From a virus (Duplodnaviria; Caudoviricetes), in IMG/VR virus record IMGVR_UViG_3300025115_000041, positions 1 to 29,875 of that record: a stretch of DNA of 29,875 bases; one strand, given 5' to 3'. Shown in pieces: positions 11,448 through 20,547 of this stretch (positions are counted from its first letter, which is position 1; each line of letters opens with the position of its first letter). The position numbers were made by a program, and so were the translations under genes. Below the pieces are notes generated by a model. The model was not told the DNA's origin. It ran no database searches and saw only the letters and a program-made list of their open reading frames with translations.

Positions 11448-13982
11448 TTACTGCTGTCCTTTTTGTATCTCTTGTAAGGTTGAACCAGCACCAGGTTGTA
11501 GTGCCTTTTCTGCCTCTCGACGTTCACGCGCTGACCTGATAACTCGTCGGGCTTCGCTGCCAATCGGATAGCCAAATGTTTTAAGTCCCGCCACGTTGCC
11601 AGCGGCTTCAAGTCCACCGGCGGCCTTATTGGCAAGGTATCCCACCAGGGTGTTGGAATTGTTGACAAACGATCCACGGGGTTGGAATTGGGTGTATGCG
11701 GCCACGTTCCCCAGGGTACGCAACTGCAACTGACTTTCGGGGTCAAACACCGCTTCAAAATTCTTTACGTCGTCCAGTTTTTTGACGGCCTTGTTGTAGT
11801 TGGCTTGGCTGAAATTGCCTTTGCCGTCCACAATACCGGCCTTGTCTGACAGCCAGTTGATCGTGCCAGCCTTCATGTGCTGGTGGGCCACCGATTCGCG
11901 GCCCAGCGTGTCCACCATCGTGTTGATGTTTTTGTTGACGCCGTTAATCACAAACTTGTCGAAATACTTGTCAGCCGGTACAGCGTCATCGACCGCGGCT
12001 TTGTAGGCTGGATCTTTTTTCAGCGCATCAAAACGGGCCTTGGCCAACGTGCGGGCCTGATCGGCCAGCGGCTTTAATGCGGCGGCTTCGCCTTTCAATG
12101 GCAACTGTTCCAAGGCTTCGCGCACAATGCTGGCGGCCATGGCTGCGTTACCGTCGCCCGACCGTTCGGCCTTGCGAATTTCGGCTGCCAGGTTGGTACG
12201 CATGGCTTCGAATTGCTCAAAGGTCATGGGTTCGCCGTTTTTAAACCGTTCCAACTGGTTTTTAATCGGCGTGGGCAAAAAGTCTGTTTTCAGTTTTTTG
12301 GCCAACGCCCGTTCAGCGTTCGTTGCCAGGGTCACGCCATCGACAGGGAATTGCCCACCGGCTGCGTCTTCCAGGGCCTTGTAAGCGGCTGAAATTTCAA
12401 CGTTGCGGGCGTCGTCCAGGGCTTTGTAGGCGTCAATAATGGCCTGGCTGGATTCAATGGTTTTCGTGGCGTACACATCCGGCGCTGCGCGTTCGCGGAT
12501 CAGCGGCACGTTGTCCACCAACTGCTGATTCTGTTGGTTGAATCGCTGGGCAAATTCAGGTTGTGTCCCGCGCAAATTCTGTTCACGCGACAACTTCACC
12601 ACGTCGCCGGTGGCCTGGCCTTCAGTCAGGCGAACAGGCACGGGCAGCGAATCGGCTTCCAGGTGACGCAACACCACGGGGGTGTTGACCTTATCCAGCG
12701 GCATATTGCCGTACAACTGCTGAAATTCAGGCGTGGCAGTCTGTAATGCCTGGCGAACAATCGTGGCGTCCGGCACACCGGCTGCGCCGATGCTGGCGCG
12801 GCCTGGGGCGGCTGTCATGGGTGCAACAGGCGGCACGGGCTGACCTGGGGCGCCAATAGTCGGGCGGGCGGTCGGCATGGTCGTAGTACCAGGCGCGACG
12901 GCTTCAGTTACGCGTGTAACGCCACGTTGAACCGCGGCTGGGGTAACGTCCTTGGCGGCTTCCAAAACCTTGCCACCGGCTTGTTTTACAGCCTGGCCAG
13001 CCGTTCCAACTTCACGTTGTATTGTCTTGCTGAACGGCGCGGCAGTCGCGCCCAGTTCCATGTAATACTGGACGTCCTGTTTTGGCATACCGGTTTGTTG
13101 GCTAATCCAGTCCGCGCCCTTTTCGATGTTTTCACCGATAAATTGCATCAATCGCTGACTGGCTTCGCCCTTGTATTCCGGTGTTTCGGTAATGCCAAAC
13201 GCCTTACCAAAAGGCCGATCAATCGCGCTGACCACTTTGCCTTTGGTGGCTTCGGCTTCTTCGGGGGTCTGACCCGCTGCGCGGGCGCCAGCATAAGTGA
13301 CCATACCGGCCACGCCAGGCACAACGCCCGTAATCGTGTCAGCCAAGGCTGCGCTGCTGCGTAAGAATGACGTGACCTTGCTGGCCACTTTTCCCTGTTT
13401 AGGCGGCTCGTTAAATGCTTCGGCCACAGCGGCGTTTACCGCGTCAGGCTTCATTAGGTCTTCAACGGTCAACGCGCCAGGCGTGGCGGCTGCTGGTGCG
13501 GCTGCTGGTGCGGCTGCTGGTGCCGACCGCGATGCAGCGGCTGCTGGTGCCGACCGCGGTGCAGCGGCTGGCGCAGCAGCAGGGCGGGCATCCGTAGTGG
13601 TGCCGGTCACGGCCTGGACATATTTAGTCGGGTCTTTTGTGACAAACCCGCCGTAGTCCTTTAGCGCCAATTCAATGTTGCCACCATGACGATCAAGCAG
13701 TTGGCCAAGGTATGTCCTGGCGGCTTCGCGGGCTTCCTTTTCGTCGAACGGGTTAAATTTAATGCCCTGTTTGTGCAGCATTTGAACCGTGTCAGGCAGG
13801 AATTGGTACGGCCCCATGGCCTTGGTCTTTTTGTTGATGGCAAACGTGTCGCCACCGCTTTCGACCTGGCGCAGCCGGTCTAGCTGTTCGTCGGTAACAA
13901 CTGCGGATTGGCGGGGCGCCATCTTCATGCCAAAGGCGTCATCCACCGCGGCGTCAATCGCCCTGGGGCCGAATCGTTCCAT
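11448..13982 (-). CDS. Large ejection (DNA transfer) protein with N-terminal lytic transglycosylase domain
   Basis: QVESGG..A.N....AMGPYQFLP.T and ALKDY motifs; last of three ejection genes. Confidence 0.85.
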   Translation of the reverse strand: MERFGPRAIDAAVDDAFGMKMAPRQSAVVTDEQLDRLRQVESGGDTFAINKKTKAMGPYQFLPDTVQMLHKQGIKFNPFDEKEAREAARTYLGQLLDRHGGNIELALKDYGGFVTKDPTKYVQAVTGTTTDARPAAAPAAAPRSAPAAAASRSAPAAAPAAAPAAATPGALTVEDLMKPDAVNAAVAEAFNEPPKQGKVASKVTSFLRSSAALADTITGVVPGVAGMVTYAGARAAGQTPEEAEATKGKVVSAIDRPFGKAFGITETPEYKGEASQRLMQFIGENIEKGADWISQQTGMPKQDVQYYMELGATAAPFSKTIQREVGTAGQAVKQAGGKVLEAAKDVTPAAVQRGVTRVTEAVAPGTTTMPTARPTIGAPGQPVPPVAPMTAAPGRASIGAAGVPDATIVRQALQTATPEFQQLYGNMPLDKVNTPVVLRHLEADSLPVPVRLTEGQATGDVVKLSREQNLRGTQPEFAQRFNQQNQQLVDNVPLIRERAAPDVYATKTIESSQAIIDAYKALDDARNVEISAAYKALEDAAGGQFPVDGVTLATNAERALAKKLKTDFLPTPIKNQLERFKNGEPMTFEQFEAMRTNLAAEIRKAERSGDGNAAMAASIVREALEQLPLKGEAAALKPLADQARTLAKARFDALKKDPAYKAAVDDAVPADKYFDKFVINGVNKNINTMVDTLGRESVAHQHMKAGTINWLSDKAGIVDGKGNFSQANYNKAVKKLDDVKNFEAVFDPESQLQLRTLGNVAAYTQFQPRGSFVNNSNTLVGYLANKAAGGLEAAGNVAGLKTFGYPIGSEARRVIRSARERREAEKALQPGAGSTLQEIQKGQQ
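13486..13570. repeat. In-frame 12-bp and 27-bp tandem repeats encoding a Pro/Ala linker
   Basis: GCGGCTGCTGGT x3 at 13486-13521; 27-bp unit x2 at 13510-13563. Confidence 0.85.
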
Positions 13983-15613
13983 TACTGCCCCCTAACTAAC
14001 TGGTTCATCTTCCCAATGTTGTCCACCAGGCGCTTGTACCCTGGGGAATTACGGCCGCCGGCAGCAGTCACCACTTCGCGGATTGCTTCTTTGTCGTTGT
14101 TTTTCATGGCATCAAACAATCGAACGGCGTTAATGTCCACCGTCGTTGACCACTTGTTTTGGAAGTCACGGGCAGCAAACGGGTCTTTGGTTTTTTCAAA
14201 GGAATTTTGAATGCCCTGGTTAAACAATTCGGTCGCGGTGGACAACGCACGGTTGACGCGGGCCGTCTGTTTGATGGCTGGCGCAGTCCAACTGGTTGTG
14301 CCGGAAATTTCACCAGCAATTCCGCGGGCTGCGTCTGTGCCGCCAAGGCCCGACGAATTGGCCAGCGATGCGGTTTGCAGCGCCATGTAGTGGCCCAACT
14401 GGTTCAGGTTGGCGGCGTTGTCGGAAGTCCATGGAAGGGCAGCGTAGCCACCCGTCAGGTTGCCCACAAAATTGGCGCCTTTACCGGTAATCACGTCGTC
14501 GGCCAGTTTGATGATTTGGTTGTTGTTAAACGTCTGCAACGGCACTTGCTGGGCTGCGTTCATGCTGTTGGTACGCAACTGGTTGGCTTCGCTCAATGTC
14601 TGCGGCGTTTCGCCAGGACGCAAACGCGCCACGGGCGTCGTGCCGCCAGGGGCAGCAGCGGGCGGCAAATTTTGCCCCTGAACGGTTGATGGCTGCATTG
14701 GGCCGCCAACTTGCACACCAGGGGCGGGGGCGCCAGGGGCCGTTGAAACAGGACGCGGCATTTGGCCACCAGGCAATTCGCCAGCGCCAGGTGTCCCCGT
14801 GCCAGCGCGTTGGCCAACAAACCGACCGTTGGCGTCGAATACGTTGACGATTGGGTTGTTGTTGATATCCACCTGGCCGGTTGGCACTTCGCGGCTGCCT
14901 GGGGCAAGTTGCGCGGTAACCAATGGCTGTTGCGCCACGGTGGTGACAGGCGCTTCGCCAGCCACCGACGGACGGGTGGTTGTTTGGAAAGTTGCCGCGC
15001 CTGTTGTGGCTGTGCCAGCCTGGGGGGCAAACAACTGCTGCTGCGTTTGTGGGTTCAGCAACGAATTGGCGCCGGAAATGGCCAGCGAAGGCAAATCCGC
15101 GTCACCAGGCAACACATCAATGGTCGTTTTGTACGCGTCAACCAGGCTGGCCAATTCGCGGTTATTAGGGTTTTCCTTAACCAACTGATCTAGTTCGGCC
15201 AGGTAGGCGCGTTTGTCGTTTACACCCAGGCGGCCCATGACGGCCAAGCGCGACGCAATCATTTCGCGCTGGGTCTGCGTCAAGTTTTGTGCAGCCTGGC
15301 TGGCCTGGGTTTGGGCGGTGGACAGCGTGGTGTATTTACTCATCCAGTCCGCGCCGGTCAGCGGGGCGATTTTGGGAATTTCTGCATTCAGTTTGTTAAT
15401 GTCCACGCGCCCGTCAGTTTGGAAATTTTCAGGGCGCGACAAAAATTCGGTGATGCGATTGCGTTCTTGTTCTTTTTGCTTTTCCAAAGTCAAACCGATT
15501 TCGCCGGTTTTGTAGTCTTGAACGCCGCGGGCAAAGTTGACCATTTCACCCAGGCTCATACCTGGGACGGGCTTAATGTTTTGTGCAACAGGGGTTACGC
15601 TTAGGTCTGCCAT
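13982..15613 (-). CDS. Ejection/DNA transfer protein (P22 gp20 position)
   Basis: 543 aa, Gln/Ala/Pro-rich; synteny between the gp7-like and large ejection genes. Confidence 0.7.
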   Translation of the reverse strand: MADLSVTPVAQNIKPVPGMSLGEMVNFARGVQDYKTGEIGLTLEKQKEQERNRITEFLSRPENFQTDGRVDINKLNAEIPKIAPLTGADWMSKYTTLSTAQTQASQAAQNLTQTQREMIASRLAVMGRLGVNDKRAYLAELDQLVKENPNNRELASLVDAYKTTIDVLPGDADLPSLAISGANSLLNPQTQQQLFAPQAGTATTGAATFQTTTRPSVAGEAPVTTVAQQPLVTAQLAPGSREVPTGQVDINNNPIVNVFDANGRFVGQRAGTGTPGAGELPGGQMPRPVSTAPGAPAPGVQVGGPMQPSTVQGQNLPPAAAPGGTTPVARLRPGETPQTLSEANQLRTNSMNAAQQVPLQTFNNNQIIKLADDVITGKGANFVGNLTGGYAALPWTSDNAANLNQLGHYMALQTASLANSSGLGGTDAARGIAGEISGTTSWTAPAIKQTARVNRALSTATELFNQGIQNSFEKTKDPFAARDFQNKWSTTVDINAVRLFDAMKNNDKEAIREVVTAAGGRNSPGYKRLVDNIGKMNQLVRGQ

Positions 15614-15617
15614 GTTC

Positions 15618-16259
15618 TTATCCTTTCAGCAACGAATACATCAACGCGCTGTTTCCGATGTTGCCAAATGCGTTCGCATAAGCATTTGCTGAACCAACTT
15701 GACCGGCTGCAATAGCCGATGCGCCACCAATAGCAGCCTGGCCAATGTTTCCAGCCATTGCCTGTCCGGCGCCTGTAACTTGGTTTTGCGCGGTCTGTCC
15801 GATGCCAGCAATACCCGCCAGCGTGTTGTAGATGTTTTGGCGTTGCGCGATCACCTGGGGCATTGCAGTTCCCAGCGTGTAATCCAGCGCAAACTTTTGT
15901 GCGGCGCGATCCACGTTTGAACCACCGCCACCAACGTTGACGTTTTGACGCGATGCGCCAACACCCTGGTCAATTGCAAACTGGTAACCAGGAAGGCCCA
16001 AAATTTCCTCACGGGAAACAGGTTTGGTCAAGCCAGGCAGTAATTCACCAATACGGGTCAGGGCGCCATAACCGGCTTCACGATACGGCTTTTGCTGTTC
16101 GTTGACGGTTTCAAACATTTGCCGCTGAACGTCAGCAGCATATTGCGTTGCGCCAGCCTGGGTTGATGCAGCCGATTTTGCGGCGCTTGATTGCATACCG
16201 GCGCCAATTAAGCCAGCGCCAGCCCCCAACAGTAGTGCGGTTCCGGTTCCGATTGCCAT
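15618..16259 (-). CDS. DNA transfer protein (P22 gp7-like)
   Basis: Gly/Ala N-terminus; QQKPYREAG and PGYQF motifs; Gly/Gln-rich C-terminus. Confidence 0.8.
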   Translation of the reverse strand: MAIGTGTALLLGAGAGLIGAGMQSSAAKSAASTQAGATQYAADVQRQMFETVNEQQKPYREAGYGALTRIGELLPGLTKPVSREEILGLPGYQFAIDQGVGASRQNVNVGGGGSNVDRAAQKFALDYTLGTAMPQVIAQRQNIYNTLAGIAGIGQTAQNQVTGAGQAMAGNIGQAAIGGASAIAAGQVGSANAYANAFGNIGNSALMYSLLKG

Positions 16260-16717
16260 TATTTCAACTCCTTAATGAACGTCCTTTCAAGCGGTCTAAA
16301 GCCAGCCCGAAAGTAAACTTTTTCCATTGCTGCTGCGCGTTCATCTTCTAATGCAATCATAAACAGCGCCCTTGCGTTTTTATTCTTTGCCCAGGCTTCA
16401 ATTTCCCTGAACATTGCGTGACCAATACCGCTGCCCCTGGCCGCGGGTGTCAGCCACCACCACAATTCCTGTGCCACCTGGTTATCGGGGCTGAAATAAA
16501 GCGGGTACAACAAACACGAAGTAACCCCAACAATTTCGCCATTCAATTCACCAACTAGCAAAAGAATACTGGTATTTTCCAGCGATGCTGCCAAAAATGC
16601 ACGGGTTTTTGGTGGGTCAAAATCAGCAACCCCAACCATTGGCGAAGCGGCGTGAAAATCGGCCAGCAATTCAATGTATCTGTCCAGGTCTTCCGCGGTT
16701 GCTTGTCTGACGTTCAA
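16259..16717 (-). CDS. GNAT-family acetyltransferase
   Basis: VRQAT.ED; ELWWWLTPAARGSGIG acetyl-CoA motif; Y.RAGF; TTG start overlapping the upstream TGA. Confidence 0.85.
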   Translation of the reverse strand: MNVRQATAEDLDRYIELLADFHAASPMVGVADFDPPKTRAFLAASLENTSILLLVGELNGEIVGVTSCLLYPLYFSPDNQVAQELWWWLTPAARGSGIGHAMFREIEAWAKNKNARALFMIALEDERAAAMEKVYFRAGFRPLERTFIKELK

Positions 16718-16953
16718 AATGTTCCCCCGCCAATACCGTTAAGGGCCGTTAACAGCGTGAACGTGCCTTGGGCCGGCGTTATGTTGCCGATCACCGTGTT
16801 GTTGATTTCACCGCCATCAATGATGATGTAGTTGACCGTTTGCGAAACTACCTGTGGATTTTGCAACCAAATGATCCATTCACGCGACGGTCTTCCAGTT
16901 GCCGGTTCAATGAACGGCGACGTTGGAAACCGAATGTTGGTGATTGTGGCCAT
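16714..16953 (-). CDS. Small tail-associated protein
   Basis: 79 aa; TGRPSREW; IDGG.INNTVIG..TP..GTFT fibre-like motif; ends GGGTF. Confidence 0.7.
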   Translation of the reverse strand: MATITNIRFPTSPFIEPATGRPSREWIIWLQNPQVVSQTVNYIIIDGGEINNTVIGNITPAQGTFTLLTALNGIGGGTF

Positions 16954-18422
16954 CAGTTATCCCCAGCGGATGCTTTCAGGTTTGCGGACACGACCACGGC
17001 TTTAACGGGATCGGTGATGGCCACTTCAAAAATGCGGTCACGCGACCAGCCCAATCGACGCCAAATGGCGCGGTTTTGATAGGCGCCTTGGCGGCCAATG
17101 CTTGTCCAATGCTCGTTTGACCAGGTGGAACCACCGTCATTCGACCAGCGCAACATAGCCTGGGGGTTTTCGCCTTGGCCAGTTGCAAGCCCCACGCCAG
17201 GTTGGAATTGGATTTGGAATTCCTCAAAATACTGGCGCTGCAAGTCGGTCGTGATGTGGGGGGCGCGGCGCAGCCGACGAATCGGGTTGCCCGCATCGGT
17301 GTATTGGTCAAAGTCCAGGCTGTAAATCTTGCCGTTTTCGTAATCGCCCACCAGGTTTTTGTTGGCAAACGCAATGCCGCAGTTGGCGCGGTGACGGTGG
17401 TATGTGGCCGTGGGCGAATCCCAATACAGCCATTTATGCCATTGCTGCGTGGTCAGGTCATAAACCCAGGTCAAGTCGGCATTGGGAAACGTGATGACGT
17501 AAAACTCATGGCCTTCAACCTGGTAAGTCCAGGCGCGGGCATCGGTCACGTCAACGCCAACCAGGCTGTTTTCAACAGCGTGGGTGGACAGGCGTTTGTA
17601 TTCGTAGCCCTGTTGAACACCGATGATCGCTGTGCCAAGGGTGTCACGCGCCAGGAACATGAACGTTTCGCCAAAGCGGGCGACTGAAAAAGCCGCACCG
17701 CAACCGTTTTGCGACGACGTGCCGGAAATGCGTTGGAAGGGAAACGTCAACAAGCCGGTGATTTGGCTGCCAACGTCCACCCAAACTTCGGTGGTCACTT
17801 CGCCCAACAGGTAAACCTGGCGGTGGTCAACGATCAACGACACGATGTTGTCGGGCGATCCGTTCTTTGTACCGTACCAGGCTTGCGTGGACAGGGGCGA
17901 ATCCAGGTCAGTCGATGACCAGTTTTGCGTGTCGGGTTCGTTGTAAATCACATACCCGTCCACCACGTCGGTGACGGACGCGCCTTGCCAGGGGCCATCG
18001 GTCGATGGCAACTTCACAAAAGTGTTTGACGGCACTTCGTAGTAGTAGCGGTTCACGCCGTCCACGATGTACGCGGTCAGCCCTTCGGTGGTCATTTGGT
18101 TGTCGGAAATCGACACCGGCCCCGTGCTGGTGGTCAGCGTTCCAACCTGGGTGTAGGCCAGGCTGGTGTCAATCCGGTACACGCGATTGCCGCACACGGC
18201 GATGGCGTATTGAAGGCCGGACAGCGCCCGCATACCGCGCACTTCCGCGGCGACGGGAAACGTGATTTCGGTCACCAGTCCAGGGGTAGGGTACAGGGCA
18301 ACAATACCGCGTTCGCCTGGCTGTTTAGTCGGGTCGATTTCGGGATAGAAATTGATGCACTCCTGGTCATCCTGGTAGATTGACCTGGTGGTGTACGACG
18401 CACCGACAAAACCAAAGTCCAT
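16953..18422 (-). CDS. Packaged DNA stabilization / tail hub protein (P22 gp10-like)
   Basis: MDFGFVGASY start; LYPTPGL, T.VYDLTTQQWH, LVGDYENG, SNDGG.TW and WRRLG motifs. Confidence 0.9.
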   Translation of the reverse strand: MDFGFVGASYTTRSIYQDDQECINFYPEIDPTKQPGERGIVALYPTPGLVTEITFPVAAEVRGMRALSGLQYAIAVCGNRVYRIDTSLAYTQVGTLTTSTGPVSISDNQMTTEGLTAYIVDGVNRYYYEVPSNTFVKLPSTDGPWQGASVTDVVDGYVIYNEPDTQNWSSTDLDSPLSTQAWYGTKNGSPDNIVSLIVDHRQVYLLGEVTTEVWVDVGSQITGLLTFPFQRISGTSSQNGCGAAFSVARFGETFMFLARDTLGTAIIGVQQGYEYKRLSTHAVENSLVGVDVTDARAWTYQVEGHEFYVITFPNADLTWVYDLTTQQWHKWLYWDSPTATYHRHRANCGIAFANKNLVGDYENGKIYSLDFDQYTDAGNPIRRLRRAPHITTDLQRQYFEEFQIQFQPGVGLATGQGENPQAMLRWSNDGGSTWSNEHWTSIGRQGAYQNRAIWRRLGWSRDRIFEVAITDPVKAVVVSANLKASAGDN

Positions 18423-18423
18423 G

Positions 18424-18927
18424 TCAAGCCCCTTCGCGCAATCTGTTACGGCGAAGCAAAGATTCAATAGTGTTTCGTTTATTGTTCATGTTCACTGCTA
18501 TTTGTCTTGCCGTTTGTCCTGATTTTCGCATTTGCAAAACCTGTTGGATTTCATCATTGGTGAATACCGATTTATGATGATTTTCGCCCGTTGGTAATTT
18601 TCTGCGTCCTTTTTTTACACAATCTTCATTGTTTGTCTTTATGTCGGCAACACGCAAATGCGCTGGATTGCAGCAGATTCGGTTGTCGCATAAGTGCATC
18701 AAAAATCCTTTTGCTCGTTTGTTTGCTGGCGCTCTAAGTTCAATCTGACCAGGATTGGCTAAGTTGAAAATTACCCGATGCGCGTAATAAGCAACATCAT
18801 TGATCCAAGTTCGCCCGTATCCTGATTTAGTCAAATGTCCTTTCCATGGCCAACATTCCTGTTCACTTCTTACTTCTACCTTGCTCCACAACACTTCCGG
18901 CGTATTTGCTGGTCTTCCTGCTTTCAT
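18424..18927 (-). CDS. Free-standing HNH homing endonuclease
   Basis: CWPWKG..GYG..YAHRV..HLCDNRICCNPAHL..N..D plus C-terminal HTH; visibly AT-richer than neighbours; start could be 18960. Confidence 0.88.
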   Translation of the reverse strand: MKAGRPANTPEVLWSKVEVRSEQECWPWKGHLTKSGYGRTWINDVAYYAHRVIFNLANPGQIELRAPANKRAKGFLMHLCDNRICCNPAHLRVADIKTNNEDCVKKGRRKLPTGENHHKSVFTNDEIQQVLQMRKSGQTARQIAVNMNNKRNTIESLLRRNRLREGA

Positions 18928-18971
18928 TTGGCGGCCCTCATAAAGCCACCATTCTATCATTACTATAAAAC

Positions 18972-19952
18972 CTAGTTGAAGCCTCCATCGAGGATAAACG
19001 CAGCGTCTTTTGGTCTGCCGGTCATTAACACGTCAGGGTACTTCGACACTTGCGGCGGTTTCATATTGGTGCGCTTGATCGTGGCCTTGGCCTGGGCGGC
19101 GTAAGCCGAAATCTGCTGCACCTGGATTTGGTTGATTTTGCCGTACATTGGCATCAATCGTTCAGCCAAACACCAGCGCAGCGCCATGTTGTAGCCCTGT
19201 GGAAACTGGATCGTGCCATACAGGTCGCCAAACTCACGGAAAATGGTCTGCGTGAACAGGTGCATTTCACCCTGGGCGGGGTTTGGCCACAAATAAATGG
19301 TTCCCAGCAGTTCGGACGGTTGATAGTAAAGCGATTTGGGCCACGGGCCGTTCAAAGTCTTCAGGCCGATAGATTCGTATTCTTCCAGGCTCAGAATGGC
19401 GATGGGATAGTCCAGGCCGCCACCGTAGATTGGGACGCCGTTAGACGTCGTGGTAACCCGCACAAAAGCCGATTCGATAGTCAGGGGGCGCTCATAGTAG
19501 GCGTCGATGATTTGGGCCACCACCGGCGTCGTGTGGGTGCGGCTGACCGTGTAGGTGCCGCCCTCGTTGACGTTACCGCCCGCCCCCGTACCAAACCCCA
19601 CAATGGTGGTGCCGGACAGTACGCCAGGGCCGGTCAGGGTCATGCCCATGGTAATCGCGCCCTTGGTCACGCCGTCCACCGGAACGGTTAGGGTCGTGCC
19701 GCTGATCGAACCCACAAACCTTGCCGACACGTTACCCGATGGCCCGATGGTGTACTGGGTCTGATTCTGCACACAGGGGAACACGATTTCGGTGCGATAA
19801 AACACCATCATGTTTTCGTTTGACCATTGGGCAATCATGTCATTCAACATATCCAGCCCGTCCTGGGCTTCGTCTGCTGTTGGGTTTTCGCCAGCGGCCA
19901 ACGCGCCAATGTCTTTCATGGCGCGGGTAATAATGTCCAATGGTCTTGTCAT
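18972..19952 (-). CDS. Head-tail adaptor (P22 gp4-like) with inserted beta domain
   Basis: DII.RAMKDIG.LAAGE.P..DE.QDGL..LNDM..QW N-terminus; PQGY.MALRWCLA.RL.P.YG C-terminus. Confidence 0.82.
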   Translation of the reverse strand: MTRPLDIITRAMKDIGALAAGENPTADEAQDGLDMLNDMIAQWSNENMMVFYRTEIVFPCVQNQTQYTIGPSGNVSARFVGSISGTTLTVPVDGVTKGAITMGMTLTGPGVLSGTTIVGFGTGAGGNVNEGGTYTVSRTHTTPVVAQIIDAYYERPLTIESAFVRVTTTSNGVPIYGGGLDYPIAILSLEEYESIGLKTLNGPWPKSLYYQPSELLGTIYLWPNPAQGEMHLFTQTIFREFGDLYGTIQFPQGYNMALRWCLAERLMPMYGKINQIQVQQISAYAAQAKATIKRTNMKPPQVSKYPDVLMTGRPKDAAFILDGGFN

Positions 19953-19961
19953 GTCATTTCC

Positions 19962-20279
19962 TTATAGTTCCGGCGTGAAGGTTTGGGGCAACCACGGCGC
20001 AACCGCGGTGGTCTGCGATTGCAAATAAGTCACCTGGTCGTCTAATCGACCCAGGATCATTGATTTGCCGTCGCGCACCGCTTCAGCCTTTACCCATTCA
20101 ATCACCATGTCTTCGGTGACTTCGGCAAAAGGTGTTTTGACCGTTGGTTCCAAAAACCGCCAACAACCTTCAGTTGAAACGGAAATGTCCTTGTTTTTTG
20201 CCGTGACAAAGTACCGCGCAGCGGTAATCAATTCGCCGTTGGCTTCAATCCCAAGAATTTTCCATTGATACGCGGTCAT
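19962..20279 (-). CDS. Small fibre-associated protein (DUF7936-like)
   Basis: YQWKI, TPFAEVTEDMVIEWVK and APW motifs; downstream of the tailspike. Confidence 0.65.
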   Translation of the reverse strand: MTAYQWKILGIEANGELITAARYFVTAKNKDISVSTEGCWRFLEPTVKTPFAEVTEDMVIEWVKAEAVRDGKSMILGRLDDQVTYLQSQTTAVAPWLPQTFTPEL

Positions 20280-20280
20280 T

Positions 20281-20532
20281 TCAGCAGTCCACGGCGCCCT
20301 GGAATTCAGGCAGCGTTTTCAGGTGGTTGTATGCCTGGGTAATGGCGTTTGCGCCAGCCAGGTCGTAAGGGGCCTGGTAACGTTTTTCGTCAAACCACGG
20401 GCTGTCAGCGTCTTTTTGCCAACGAACCATTGCCGTCATGCCGGATTTGTTCAGGTCGATTTGGTCAACGCGAATGTAAGCATTCGGGCAAGTCAAACCG
20501 TTTTCGTTTGCGTAATCTTTTTTCAAAGCCAT
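20281..20532 (-). CDS. Small fibre-associated protein
   Basis: MALKK..NAYIRVD..QAYNHLKTLPEFQGAVDC; AAAGGA RBS. Confidence 0.75.
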   Translation of the reverse strand: MALKKDYANENGLTCPNAYIRVDQIDLNKSGMTAMVRWQKDADSPWFDEKRYQAPYDLAGANAITQAYNHLKTLPEFQGAVDC

Positions 20533-20547
20533 GATGATTCCTTTCAA

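Noticed and set aside
11066-11758. 230-aa minus-strand ORF as a possible embedded spanin
   Set aside because: Overlaps three better-supported genes; no signal peptide or lipobox
16710-16725. Programmed -1 frameshift fusing the 79-aa protein to the GNAT
   Set aside because: No X XXY YYZ slippery heptamer; a simple TTGA stop-start overlap explains it
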